Source: Octopus vulgaris (Eukaryota). Taken from it: DNA of 64,000 bases. Within the stretch, counting starts at the first letter, position 1; each line of letters opens with the position of its first letter. Below are positions 13,825-27,310 of this stretch, piece by piece. The stretch is taken from positions 80,104,001 to 80,168,000 of the forward strand of contig OX597818.1 in the NCBI GenBank assembly GCA_951406725.2, read 5' to 3'. The position numbers were made by a program, and so were the translations under genes. Under the pieces are notes generated by a model. The model was given only the letters and a program-made list of their open reading frames with translations, ran no database searches and was not told the origin of the DNA.

Positions 13825-13980
13825 TTTATTTTAAGCAGCAGAAAATTCAACAAAATCTGTTACTCTGAGTTTCTCGTTGCCGTTCATCAGACAGTTTTTC
13901 TAGCAAAAACTGTCTGATGAACGGCAACGAGAAACTCAGAGTAACAGATTTTGTTGAATTTTCTGCTGCTTAAAATAAAG
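13824..13980. repeat. Perfect 76-bp inverted repeat (5-nt spacer), each arm containing a minimal hammerhead motif
   Basis: 13824-13899 is the exact reverse complement of 13905-13980. (TA)n abuts the left arm and lies ~75 bp beyond the right arm. Confidence 0.95.
13910..13947 (+). ncRNA. Minimal hammerhead ribozyme motif (mirror copy on - at 13857-13894)
   Basis: ctgt CTGATGA a CG-GCAA-CG a GAAAC tcaga GTA acag. Stem I ctgt/acag, GNRA-capped short stem II, quasi-palindromic stem III ACTC-A-GAGT, GUA site. Confidence 0.7.
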
Positions 13981-14050
13981 CATATTACTCTACCACTGGT
14001 ATTTGAGTACTCTTTTTTCCACCTTGTTTCACATTTATGTGTTTACTCCG

Positions 14051-14102
<52 letters not shown>

Positions 14103-14974
14103 GACAGGCTTTTTTCAGTTTCCATCTCCTAAATCCACTCACAAGGCTTTGATCAGTACAAGGCAATAGTTGAAGATATTCGCTCAAGGTGTCATGCAGT
14201 GGGACTAAACACAGAACCATGTGGTTGGGAAGCAAGCTTCTAACCACACAGCCATGCCTGCACCTACAGATGTACATTTTTGCAAACGAAAAAAGTCTCA
14301 AAATTTCACCTTGAGTCTTATATACAAAGTTGGGCTTATATTACCCGCTTCAATTCACTAAAAACGATTTTCATGAATATGTGCTGCTAAAATTAAGGAG
14401 CATTGTATGTCTTTTATGTCATCAGATATAGGCTATCAAAACTGGAAAAAACTTTGACATCACAACTCTAAGAAGTCAGAGGACTAACTCTCACCCCATC
14501 CTTCACTGATGGAGGCCTCTGATTCCATTAACTAACAAAAAAATTAAACATTTCATATTTAAGCCATTTGATACCAACTGCTTTGAGATGGACCTCTGCT
14601 CCTGCTTCTTGTGATACAAATTTTTTGTTTTAAAGTAATCTAAATTAACATTTTCCATCAAAATTTCATGTTAAATTATGTTCCAAATATCAGCTTAATA
14701 TTTTATCTTTTATGAAATATCAAAAAGAAATATCAAAAAATTCCTAGTTATGTTTAAAGAAAAATGGGAGTCAAGACTATTGAAAAGGTTGCAAGACGCA
14801 ACGAAAATTTTAGGAAATTAAAAATAAGAAATAAGTGGAAATTTTACCAGTGAGTGTATTAAACTATAAGGCACAAAAAGAAAATTACTCTCCCCAGACA
14901 CAACAGAATATGCTTCAACACATGAACTCACATAACGAATCTTGCAAACCAAATCCAAAAACGAAAAAAAAAAA

Positions 14975-15852
14975 GACTTATTTACCTAAGTTTTAACATC
15001 ATCTCCTTCGAAATAGTCACTCTGTTCAACAAAACACCAGTCCCAGTATTCCTGTCAGTTTTGGAATCTGGCCTGGAAGTCGTTTTCCATACGTGAGTCA
15101 AGGACCTTCTGCGATATGCTCTGGATCTTGACAACAGTGCTAAAACAGCAATCTTTAAGCTGCCTTTTCATCTTAGGGGAGAGATGGAAGCCTGCAGGTG
15201 CTAAATCTGGGGAATAGAGTGGGTGCGAAAGTGATACCATGTTGTTCTTGGTGAGAAATTCACAAGAGAGGAGAGCCCAGTGACAGGGTGCATTGTCGTT
15301 ATGAAGAATCCAATTCTTCACACTCTACAGATTCAGTCACTTTCACCAAATGTACCCCCACAAACACTTCAAAACATCACAGGACTCTCAATAGACAGTC
15401 TGGCCCAGGGAGGTGAATTCTCAATGCACAATACCACATTTCCAGAAATGATGCTCATGGCAGGTCTTCAAAAATGCTCATCATCTTCCAGGGACATCCT
15501 TCTGCTTTTGAAGCACCCATTCCACTTAAAACATTGCATACGATCCACTATTTCATTGCTGTAAGCTTGCCAAAGCATGCTCAATGTCTCTGTAGTAGAC
15601 TTCTCAAGTTTAACGCAAAATTTCACGTTGGCACTTTGTTCCAACTTCCTGTCCAAGGCAAAATTACAGTCTACAGCATACATGTGACCGCAAAAACACG
15701 AATTACACAACTTATGAAGTAAACAGAGTGGTGTCACTCAGCATACTGCCTCATGAAGTTCACTGCTAGCTTTCACTGTGCATGCAATCATGTGCTGCCA
15801 TCTGTTGGTGCATTACAGAACTAGTCCAGGAACTTTTTGATACCACCTCATA
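14975..15852 (-). mobile_element. Decayed internally deleted mariner element
   Basis: EQSANVKFCVKLEKSTTETLSML (N-terminal HTH) and WILHNDNAPCH..HPLYSPDLAP; TIR ctagtccaggaactttttgataccacctcata at 15821-15852. Confidence 0.88.
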
Positions 15853-16784
15853 CTTGTTTCAGTCATTAGATTGTGGCCTTGCTGGGGCACTGTCTTGAAG
15901 AATTTTTAGTCAAATGAATTGCAGAATATTTATAGTATAGTAGCAAAGTTTTAAAAGGAAATAAATCTAAGTCAAAATACTGCAGTCAAAAACCACTAGG
16001 AAAGGAAGTGTCTCCTCATTGGAGACAATAAATGGAAATGCATTACAAAAATAATAAGTGATAAAAATAATAAGTGATAAAATTGACCAGATATAAAGAT
16101 TTTGAAATGAAGATAACCATAACATGGTTATTGAAAACAGAAACAATACCAATAATAACATTCTTGAGAATGAATTTAAAAAGATGCAGACAAATATACA
16201 CTCAAACCCCAAGACTTATAAATATACACAACATGTAGCAAGACCCATCCTTGGAAGACCCATCCTCCACAGGATAAGTGTTACAGTCACACTCCCTGGT
16301 GAAGAAGACTGACCTGCAAGAGTCCTTTGTCAGGACCACATAAAAAGTACTCAATGCCAGTGTCATGTAATTAGGGCTTGTATTGGTTCTATGTAAAAAA
16401 AAACCTCATGCCAGTGGTACATTAAAAGCACTCAGCACACATTGTAAAGTAGTTGACATTAGGAAGGGCATCAAACCATAGAAACCAAGCCAAATCAGGC
16501 TGGAACTTGGTGCAGCTCTTTGGCTTGCTAGCTCTGGTCAAACTGTCCAACCCAAGACAGCATGGAAAACGGATGTTAAAGGATTATGATGATGTAGTAA
16601 ATATTATTACTAGATATTGCACATATAGTATGTACAGTTGTTTAAATACAATAGAACATTACAGCAAATTGTTAACTCATACAGCAGGTGCATAGAACAT
16701 GTAATAAAAATGTAACTATTGAAAAACAACAATGAAAGCAGTGATAGTGGCAAAAATGGTGACAACACCAGCAGTAATAACAAT

Positions 16785-16922
16785 GGATTCAAAGTAACAG
16801 AAAAGTGGTATAAACCAGAACCAGAGGTTGTTATAGAGCATAAGATTTACAGGATTTTATGGGTCTTCCCTATAAAGACTGACCTTAATTTTAAAGCAAG
16901 AAGACCAAACATGACTATAAAG
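16785..16922 (+). mobile_element. R4/Dong-clade LINE restriction-like endonuclease fragment (part 1)
   Basis: KWYKPEPEVVIEHKIYRILWVFPIKTDLNFKARRPNMTIKD; interrupted by a SINE. Confidence 0.75.
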
Positions 16923-17611
16923 GACGAGCTGGCAGAAATGTTAGCACGCCGGACGAAATGCTTAGCGATATTTCGTTCTGAGTTCAAATTCCGCCGAGGT
17001 CAACTTTGCCTTTCGTCCTTTCGGGGTCGATAAATTAAGTACCAGTTACGCACTGGGGTCGATGTATTCGACTTAATCCCTTTGTCTGTCTTTGTTTGTC
17101 CCCTCTATGTTTAGCCCCTTGTGGGCAATAAAGAAATATGTTCTGAGTTCAAATTCCGCCGAGATCTACTTTGCCTTTCATCCTTTCAGGATTGATTAAA
17201 TAAGTACCAGTTACGCACTGGGGTCAATATAATCGACTTAATCCATTTGTCTATCCTTGTTTGTCCCCTCTGTGTGTAGCCCCTTGTGGGCAGTAAAGAA
17301 ATAAGAATCATTAGCACGCCGAAAAGCTTAGCAGTATTTTGTCTGCCATTACGTTCTGAGTTCAAATTCCGCCGAGGTCGACTTTGCCTTTCATTCTTTC
17401 TAGGCCCCCACCGGCAAGGTCATACACTGTTAATCTTGATATGAGGTCACCATGTCATGCACATATGGTTGTGATGCATGTGCCTGGTGTACCAGAAGAT
17501 AGTCATGATGGGTATACTGGGTTTCTTATATTTTACCCCAGTGTCATTTTGACAGCATGCACTGCTCTCTCAATAATAATAATAATATTCAATTTTGGGG
17601 GATTAATCAAT

Positions 17612-19074
17612 AAGCAGGTATTCTATTTCAGATAATACAAAAATAACCTAATGAGTATATCTGACAGTAAACTCATGGTATCAATTTGCACATCACGAAA
17701 TAAAATGTACTTCATAAAAATTATAACATACTTTAGTTAATACTTATATTTATAAAATATGAAGGAACTACACATGTTTCAGTATTGAAAGATTACAATA
17801 TATATATACATATACACAACTGTATACTATTATATATGTATTTATATATGTATATATATATGTATATATATATATATATATATATCATCATCATCATCAT
17901 CATCGTTTAACGTCCGTTTTCCGCGCTAGCACGGGTTGGACGGTTTCGACCGGGGTCTGGGGAGCCAGGGGCTGCCCCAGGCTCCAGTCTGGTCTGGCAG
18001 TGTTTCTACAGTTGGATGCCCTTCCTAACGCCAACCACTCCGCGAGTGTAGTGGGTGCTTTTTACGTGCCACCTGCACAGGTGCCAGAGGGGTCTGGCAT
18101 CGGCCACGGTCAGTTGGTGCTTTTTATGTGCCACCTGCACAGAAGCCAGTCGGGGCGGTGCTGGCATCGGCCACGTTCGGATGGTGCTTTTTATGTGGGG
18201 GGTGGGTGCAGAAATATAGGGGAGCACCAGTGGGGAGGGGTGTTCGGAGAAACGATGACAGGTTCTAGACAAGTAGAACGTAGGATATCACGAGAGGGGT
18301 AATGCATGGTGAAATAGCGTATTGAAGAGGGGGTTCGAAGAGTAGACACCTATAATGGTGGTGGGAGAAGCGACATCCGGTATAGATGGAGCAAAAATAT
18401 AGAGATATCCGGTATTGGTGGTGGGGGTGGGCAAGGGCCGGTATTGGTGGTGGGGGTGGGCAAGGGCGGGTGCACCGGGAATATGCGAAGGTTGAACTTA
18501 ACGGGCTGGCTTAAAAATGCTCTTAGCAATGGAAGGGGGGAAAGGAAGAGGGGGGGAGTGCAGACAACGTAAAAGAGGGAGAGAGGGAGAGAGGGAGAGA
18601 GAGAGAGAAGGGAATAGTGGAACCCCGCGAAAATCGGCCGCCACTGAAAAAACCCCTGTATGGAGAAACTTAAATATAAATATCTAACACGAAGCCAGAA
18701 ACCGATGGTCAACAATAACTAATAAATTATACAGAATATGCAATACGAGGTGAAACTGAAAATAATAATAATAATAATACTAATAAACAAATTGTCGACT
18801 GGGGGTCAAAGGGATAATACTAATACTAATAATAATAATAATAAACAGCTTAACCACTAGAGATCAGACAAATTTGCATATATATATATAGGTATACAGT
18901 TGTATATATGTATATATATTGTAATCTTCCAATACTGAAACACGTGTAGTTCCTTCATATCTAATAAAATATATTTATAAAATATGAAGGAACTACACAT
19001 GTTTCAGTATTGAAAGATTACAATATATATATACATATACACAACTGTATACTATTATATATGTATTTATATAC

Positions 19075-19137
<63 letters not shown>

Positions 19138-19385
19138 TATACAGTTGTATATATGTATATATATTGTAATCTTCCAATACTGAAACACGTGTAGTTCCTT
19201 CATATCTAATAAATATAAGTATTAACTAAAGTATGTTATAATTAATGAAGTACATTGTATAGCTGGCAATTTAGGTTATATTCTTGAAGCGTTATTTCGT
19301 GATATGCAAACTGATACTATGAGTTTACTGTCAGATATACTCATTAGGTTATTTTTGTATTATCTGAAATAGAATACCCGCTTGT
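17612..19385. repeat. Alternating direct/inverted copies of one segment around (TA)n tracts
   Basis: + ~17612-17860, - ~18890-18970, + ~18972-19075, - ~19135-19385; contains GAAACACGTGTA. Confidence 0.85.
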
Positions 19386-19588
19386 CAATTAATCCCAAAA
19401 TATTGAATATTGACTTTTATCAGATACTTTATATATTTATAGATAAATATATAAATATATAATAAATAAGACTCCAAAGTACGATATGTAGATGCATATA
19501 ACGCTGTAGGGTTACACCTGATTGATTTGGAAATTTGTTTTCCCAAATTATTTATAATAATAATAATAGTAGCAATAATAATGATAAT

Positions 19589-19925
19589 GCTGTGCCAGGA
19601 GATCAACATATTGTCATGAAACAAAGAGGAAACGTTGACAAATAGAGATACGAGAATTGAGATTGTCAAGACATAGCAGCTACGTCAATCAAACATAAAG
19701 GTTGTTCCTGCTGTCATCAGAGCATTGTGTTCAATACCACCCAACCCAAAGAAACATCTGAACACTTTAGAAATACTCTACAAGTTTGATGTATTGCAAA
19801 AACTGACTTTACTTGGAACTGCATAAGGTACTGTCTGAAGACCTTGTGACTTGACAGGCACTACAAATCCCTGGTACACACAATATCTTCAATCTACATT
19901 ACAATGTTGGATATTTCAATGATAA
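19589..19925 (+). mobile_element. R4/Dong-clade LINE endonuclease C-terminus and 3' UTR (part 2)
   Basis: AVPGDQHIVMKQ..DK*..RIEI..KVVPAVIRALCSIP..LQKLTLLGTA. Confidence 0.75.
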
Positions 19926-20445
19926 TATTCTTCTTTTGTTTGGCACATGGCCAGCAATTTTTGAGGGGAAGAAGACAATTACACTGACCCTGGTACTTAT
20001 AACTGCAAAAGAATGAAAGGTCAAGATGACCTCAACAGGATTTGAGCTAAGCACATAGAGTTGGAAGTAACACCACTAAGCATTCTGTTCAACATGTTAA
20101 CAATTCTACCAGCTAGCCACCTTTATAATAATAATGATGATGATGATGATGATGATAATAATAATAATAGTGGTTTCAAATTTTGCCACAAGGGCAGCCA
20201 TTTTCAGGGAGGGGATGAGTCAATTACATCAACACCAATGTTAAACTGGTACTTATTTTATCAAACTCAAAAGGATGAAAGGCAAAGTCGACCTCAGCAG
20301 AATTTGAATTCAGATTGGAGCGATGGGTGAAATACCACCAAGCATTGCATGCTAACCATTCTGCCTGCTCACTGCCACCGCTGCCGTCGGCGTCAGCGTC
20401 ATCATTATCATCATCATCATCATCATAGTGGTGGTGGTGGTGATG

Positions 20446-20487
<42 letters not shown>

Positions 20488-20864
20488 GTTTCAAACTTTG
20501 ACACAGGGACAGCAATTTCAGGGGAGAAGTAAGTTGATTACATTGACCCCAATATTCAACTGGTACTTATTTTATGCTTCACTGGTACCTATTTTATCAA
20601 CCCCAAAAGGATGAAAGACAAAGTCGACCTTGGCGGAATTTGAACTCAGAATATAAAGACGGACAAATGCCTGGCATACTAACATTTCTGCCAGCTCACC
20701 ATCCTAAATAATAACAATAATAATAATGTGCCTTGCTGGTGATTTCATATTTTGGAGCCGACATTAGGTAATGTTGTAAACAGACCATAATAAAATATTG
20801 ATTTCAGGTGAATTGATTTGACTAGAAGAAATCTATGTTTCAGATGTGTTTGTATTTTTACATA

Positions 20865-21081
20865 CAGGGGTTGAACAAAATCCCAAGATCATCACTACAA
20901 GAACTGGAGACTGTTTTAGCAGAAGAATGGACAAAAATTCCTTTGGAAACAATTCAAACTTTGTACGAGTCCATACCTCATAGAATTCAAGCTGTAGTTA
21001 CTGCCAAAGGCGGTCCTACCCCATATTAAAATAAATTTGTTTGAAATTTTAAGGTGTTTCCATTATTTTGTCCAACCCCTA
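20865..21081 (+). mobile_element. Tc1-type mini element retaining the transposase C-terminus
   Basis: ta-CAGGGGTTGAACAAAAT / ATTTTGTCCAACCCCT TIRs; LQELETVLAEEWTKIPLETIQTLYESIPHRIQAVVTAKGGPTPY*. Confidence 0.85.
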
Positions 21082-21213
21082 TATATAGGGTAAACATTGT
21101 GAAACTTTAAATAATTACTTTTTGAATCTGTGTCACATGATTCAATGTGCACACATGTGTGCATGCATGTGTGTGTGTATACACACAGAAACAGAGAACA
21201 CACACATACATAT

Positions 21214-21730
21214 ACAGGGTGTTTCAGCTATTTGAGAACAAAATTTTAATTTAAGGGAAACAAAAACATTTATTACAAAATTCAATGTATCTTCAATGTA
21301 TTGAATTTGGCAAACAGAGTTTACATACAGCAAAAGAGTATTCAATAAAACTACCACCAGCCTAGATTACTGCATTGATACATCTTCTGAAATGACTAAA
21401 TGCATTGATCAGGTGGTCTTTATTCGTGTTGGCCATAATGTCCTCAATAGCAGACATCAGTGAGTCCTTGGTATTGAAGGCATGTTTGTTGGTCTCCTTC
21501 TCAACAATGGCCTAAACATTGTAGTCCAGGTAGTTTAAATCAAGAGCTATAAGAGCAAATAGTACGGGTTCCATGAAAATTTTTGGCCATCCACTCATGG
21601 GTCGTGGAGGGTCTGTGTGAAGGAGCAGAGTCTTGCTTGAGTATGTTTGGCCTTCCCCAAACAACTCTAGATCCAGTGGGTGACAACCATTCCCATTATC
21701 TTGATGTAGGCTGCTGTGTTGAACCTATGT
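21214..21730 (-). mobile_element. Decayed maT/DD37D-like transposon 3' half
   Basis: rc frames QDSAPSH..THEWMAKNFH and DLNYLDYNV*AIVEKETNKHAFNTKDSL..FRRCINAVI*AGGSFIE; end ta-CAGGGTG. Confidence 0.75.
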
Positions 21731-21957
21731 ACTGGGGTCACTTTGTTTGACTAAAACTCTTCAAGGCGGTGCTCCAGCATGAACACAGTCCAGAAGTTTG
21801 TTTCTCAACCACATGGTTCTGAGTTCACTCCCACTGTGTGGCACCTTGGGCAAGAGTTTTCTATTATAACCTCAGGCTAACCAGCATCTTGTGAGTGGAT
21901 TTTGTAGACCACAATTGAAAGAAGCCCAACATGTGTGTGTGTGAGTATGTGAGGTAA

Positions 21958-21989
<32 letters not shown>

Positions 21990-22264
21990 GTGCATGTGTA
22001 TGTGCACGCATGCGCGCGTGTGTGTGTGTGTGCTCGCATGTGTGCATGTGTTTTTCTTTGTTTTGACATCGCATCACTGTTGTAAATGAATATCACTGTC
22101 ACACAAGCAGTGTCATTCACTTCCAATATTCTGCAAGGATATGTTTGGCTATTGGGGAAACAGGTGAGGGTTGGCACAACAGAAACAGCCAGAGAAAATC
22201 TGCTTTAAACTCTGTCCACCCCTCTTCTAAAAAAATCTCAAACCTTCTGGAATGCACCTCATAA

Positions 22265-22296
<32 letters not shown>

Positions 22297-22964
22297 ATAT
22301 GATGATTTACATACACACACACACTCACAAACATGTATATATAATAGAAGTAAATGAATATTTGTGAAGGCGCATGGCTCAGTGGTTAGAGTGTCAGACT
22401 CACCATCATGAGGTAGTGAGTTTGATTCCCAGACTACGCTGTGTGTCGTGTTCTTGAGCAAGACACTTTATTGTGCCTCAATGGGGAACTTTTTATGTGC
22501 AATCCCATGGTCATTCATGACTGAAGGCAGTCTTTACCGTTTCTTTAAATGAATATTTAAAGAACAAAATATAGACTCCATAAGCCCAGTACAGTCAACC
22601 TATCCAGGAATAACTCTGAGTAAAAGCAGTGACATTCTTTTGTTCCAATGCAGGTATTCTCTTAAGTGCCAGTTAAAATGATAAAATGTATCTAGACTAC
22701 ATGCTAAAGAGGTTGGTGGTGATGAGAGAGGCATTCAACTATAAAAATCATACCAAAAAACATCTTCACATACACTGCAAAGACAGCCAGTGTTTTCTCT
22801 TGCTGACATTGTTGTAAGAATGCAATGAATTATGAGATGTTGAGACCTGTCCAACTTATGGGCAAATATATAGATATAGAATGGTTGTGATCTATATGTT
22901 CTGTAGCATTTTGTGTAGAATAGTGACGAAAACCAACCCATGCCAGCATGGAAAATCGAATGAA

Positions 22965-23215
22965 AAATGGTGACGATACTGATGATGGTGGTGGTGGTGG
23001 TGGTGGTGGTGGCAGCAGTAGTGGTGGTGGCAGCAGTGGTGGTGGTGGCAGTGGTGGTAGTGGCAGTGGCGGTGGCAGCAGTGGTGGGGGCAGCAATGGT
23101 GGTGGTAGTGACAATAGTTATGATGGTAGTGGTGACAATGATTATCATGGTGATGGTGAAGATGATGGTGGTAGTGGTGGTGGTGATGATGATGATGATG
23201 ATGACGAGGATGATT
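22965..23215. repeat. (GGT/GGC/GAT)n trinucleotide low-complexity tract
   Basis: Directly visible; follows a family-C retroposon tail. Confidence 0.9.
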
Positions 23216-24590
23216 GAAGTACACCACATCAACACAGAAAAAGAAAGTATAGATATTTAGAACACAATTGTGAAAAAAAAAATAAGATGTATCTACTATG
23301 GAATAGATAATACACTTTACTGTGATCTATGGAATGTGATCAGGTTCTCTTTCTCTCTGATATTTGACAACATGACATTAGCCATGAGTTTAAATCAGAG
23401 GGACAGTTCCATAACATTTAACCTCAGACCTACTTCATGTTTATGCACCATGGTTATTAACCCTTTAGCATTTAAAATGGCCACATCCTGTCCAAAATAT
23501 TCTATGTTTTATGTTTAGAGTAGCCAGATCAAGTCTCTCACACCTGTCCCACAATATCATTAAAAAAATACACCATTACAGCATTGAAATATTGAAGCTA
23601 TGAGATAATGCATTATTAATTCAAAACAATAAATTGCTGTCTTCCATGCATACAGGCTTGTCCCTTCAAGTGCGAGTACCACATAAAATGCACCCATACT
23701 GATGTTCTGTAAATGCACCCATGCCAGTACTACATAAACGCACCATGCCAGTGGAACATAAAAGCACCTAGTACACTTTATTCAGTGGCTGGTGATAGGA
23801 AGGATATCCAGCCATAGAAACCATGTCACAACAGGTGGCGAGCTGGCAGAAACGTTAGCACGCCGGGTGAAATGCTTAGCGGTATTTTGTTTGCCGTTAT
23901 GTTCTGAGTTCAAATTCTGCCAAGGTCGACTTTGCCTTTCATCCTTTTGGGATCGATAAATTAAGTACCAGTTACACACTGGGGTCGATGTAATTGACTT
24001 AATCCCTTTCTCTGTCCTCGTTTGTCCCCTCTATGTTTAGCCCCTTCATCATCATCATCATCATCATCGTTTAACGTCCGCTTTCCATGCTAGCATGGGT
24101 TGGACGGTTCAACTGGGGTCTGGCAAGCCCGAAGGCTGCACCAGGCCAGTCAGATCTGGCAGTGTTTCTACAGCTGGATGCCCTTCCTAACGCCAACCAC
24201 TCCGAGAGTGTAGTGGGTGATTTTATGTGCCACCGACACAGGTGCCAGACGAGGCTGGCAGACGGCCACGCTCGGATGGTGTTTTTTATGTGCCACCGAC
24301 ACAGGTGCCAGACGAGGCTGGCAGACGGCCACGCTCGGATGGTGTTTTCTTATGTGTCACCGACACAGGTGCCAGACGAGGCTGGCGAACGGCCACGCTC
24401 GGATGGTGTTTGTTACGTACCCTCAGCACGGAGGCCAGTCGTTGCGGTACTGGCTACGGTCTGGTACTGGGGTAGTAAAGAAATAAGAAACCATGTCACA
24501 ACAGACAATTCGAGTCTGGACAGCTCCTAGCTGGCCAGCTCCAACTCAAACTGTCCAACCTATGCCAGCATGGAAAACAGCCATTAAACA

Positions 24591-24622
<32 letters not shown>

Positions 24623-25629
24623 GAATGTTGATAAATAGACATATTTAACACAGCAATCTGAATGCTAAGGGATTAAACCAGCCATTCCAGCCCAAATATT
24701 CCACCTGTTTTATGTGCAAACAAGCCAAATCTGGCCTTTCACACCTATCCTAAAAAGTCAATCTAAAACTAAAAAAAATCACATCATCAAAATATCGAAG
24801 CTATGAGATAATGCATGATTAATTCGAAACTATGTTAATATATGAACATTACATTTGACAGAGCAATCAGAATGCTATGGGATGATTAAACCAGCCATAT
24901 CCAGCCCAAATATTCTACTTGTTTTAGTCAGATATGGACCCTCAATGTTATTTTAAAAATAAACAATCACATTATTGAAATCTTGAAACTGAGACAATGC
25001 ATGATTAATTCAAAACATGCTAATAAATAAGCATTACATTTGACAGCATTCTGAATGCTAAAGGGTTACGCTTTCTTTCTGGGTATTTCAGATTTTGCCA
25101 TATATCAAAGATCCATTGAAATGTCATTGGTGTGGTTTCATAGGCTTTTTTTTTTTTACATACAGTATTAAGATAATTAGAGAGAGTTTGCGGGGACTTC
25201 ATATTCCATTGTAAAGACCTTTGAAATTCTTCTATATCCGTTGCAAGGAAGTGTTGAGTTTCAATAACCATTTTTTTAAATTCAAATTTTTACATCAGAT
25301 TCATATCAGTTATGTTATGTATCTACACTTGAATGTGTGTGTGTGTGTGTGTGTGTGTGTTGTATAGATACATCAGAATCATCATCATTTTAATATTTTA
25401 TCGTATTTTTTCCTTCCTTTTTCTTGTTTCAGTCATTAGACTGCGGTCATGCTGGGGCACTTCCTTGAAGAATTCTTAGCCACATGAATCAACCTCAGTA
25501 CTTGCTTTTTTAGTTTTCTTTAAGCCTAGTACTTATTGTGTCAGACACTTTTGCCAGGCCATTAAGTTATGGGGACATAAACACACCAACAACAGTTGTC
25601 AAGCAATGGTGGGGGCAAAAATGCACACA

Positions 25630-25689
<60 letters not shown>

Positions 25690-26199
25690 ACAGGCTTCTT
25701 TCAGTTTCATGTACCAAATCCACTCACAAGGTTTCGGTTGGCCCAAGGCTGTAGCAGAAGACACTTGCCCAAGGAGCCATGCAGTGGAACTGAACCCAGA
25801 ACCATGTGATCAGGAAGCAAGCTTCTTATCACACAGCTACACTCAGCACCTACAGTAATATAGAACGCCTCATGAATTTGTGAGTCATGATACAAGGGTC
25901 ATTAAAAGTTCATTAAAGCAGATTTCTACAACTAGAAGCCCTTCTTGTTACCAACTTTCACCTATTTCCTAGCAAGGTGATATTTCGCTATGGTTAGACA
26001 TGTTTTTGCTGAATATTGGAAATGAATGTATTCTGTTTCCATGACAGTGATGCTGTGAATCACAAGATAGCTGTGAATTATCTTGTGATTCACAGATAAT
26101 ACTGTCAGGACAAGAGAGACACAAACATATACATACTCACAAACATACAAATGTATGTATGTATGTTACAATCAATGAGGTGAATCACAATGACCTTTT

Positions 26200-26552
26200 T
26201 GTGTGCACAGTTTGTAACAGACTATGCCTTTCTTTTGCTGGGCTCAAATCTCACTTGTGAACCCATGGAAAATGAAACCCCACCAACTATAGTGCCTATA
26301 TGTTTGTGCACACCTTTCAATGCAATGTATGCCAGGTGGGCAAATCTAACGGAGGCCTCAAAAGACATTTTAAGATCCACAAAGATCAGAACTTAACTGC
26401 AGCTCTTGGTGGCCCAAATCGGATATGCAATCTATGTTGGTGTCTTTTCAAAACATTGTTTGCTTTAAAAAGCCACATCAGATGCCATGATGGTTCTAAG
26501 GTGTAGGTACAGGAGGTGGTCAAACTCTGCATAAGGTGTAGACAACCACAAT
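26200..26552 (+). mobile_element. Decayed RTE-like LINE 3' end with C2H2 fingers
   Basis: FQCNVCQVGKSNGGLKRHFKIH and ICNLCWCLFKTLFALKSHIRCH, short UTR, then (TG)n. Confidence 0.65.
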
Positions 26553-26573
26553 GCATGCATGTGTGTGTGTGTG

Positions 26574-26660
<87 letters not shown>

Positions 26661-26816
26661 GCTGTGTGGTTGAGAGGCTCACTTTGCAATCATGTGGTTT
26701 TGGGTTCAATCCCACTGCATGACACCATGGGCAAATGTCTTTCACTATACCCCACAGGCAGACAATGCCTTGTGAATGAATTTGGTGGACAGAAACTGTA
26801 TGGAAGATTGTGCGTG

Positions 26817-26849
<33 letters not shown>

Positions 26850-27263
26850 ATTTGTCCCTCACCACCAGTGATAACCAGTGTTGGTTTGTTTACATCCTCA
26901 TAACAAAGTGGTTTGGCAAAAAGAGACCAACAGAATAACTGTCAGACTTTAAAATATATACTAGGGTCAATTTTTTTTACTAAACTTTTCAAGGCAGTGC
27001 CCTAACATGGCCATAACCCAATGACTGAAACAAAGAAAAGATATATGCATAAACATGCACACACACACACACATGAATAACAGGCTTCTTCCAGTTTCTG
27101 ACTATCAAATCCACTAACAAAGCTTTGGTCAGCTATAACATGAGGCCCTTGCCCAAAGTGTTATGTAGTGGGACCAAACCTGAAACTAAATGGCTGGGAA
27201 GCAAACTGTTTTACCTCACAGTCATGACTATATTTCCACAGAACCAAGCGTATGAGAGTGTGT

Positions 27264-27310
<47 letters not shown>

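Noticed and set aside
22735-23260. Gly-, His-, Pro- or Thr-rich ORFs
   Set aside because: Trinucleotide repeat tail of a retroposon; open in many frames, no splice support.
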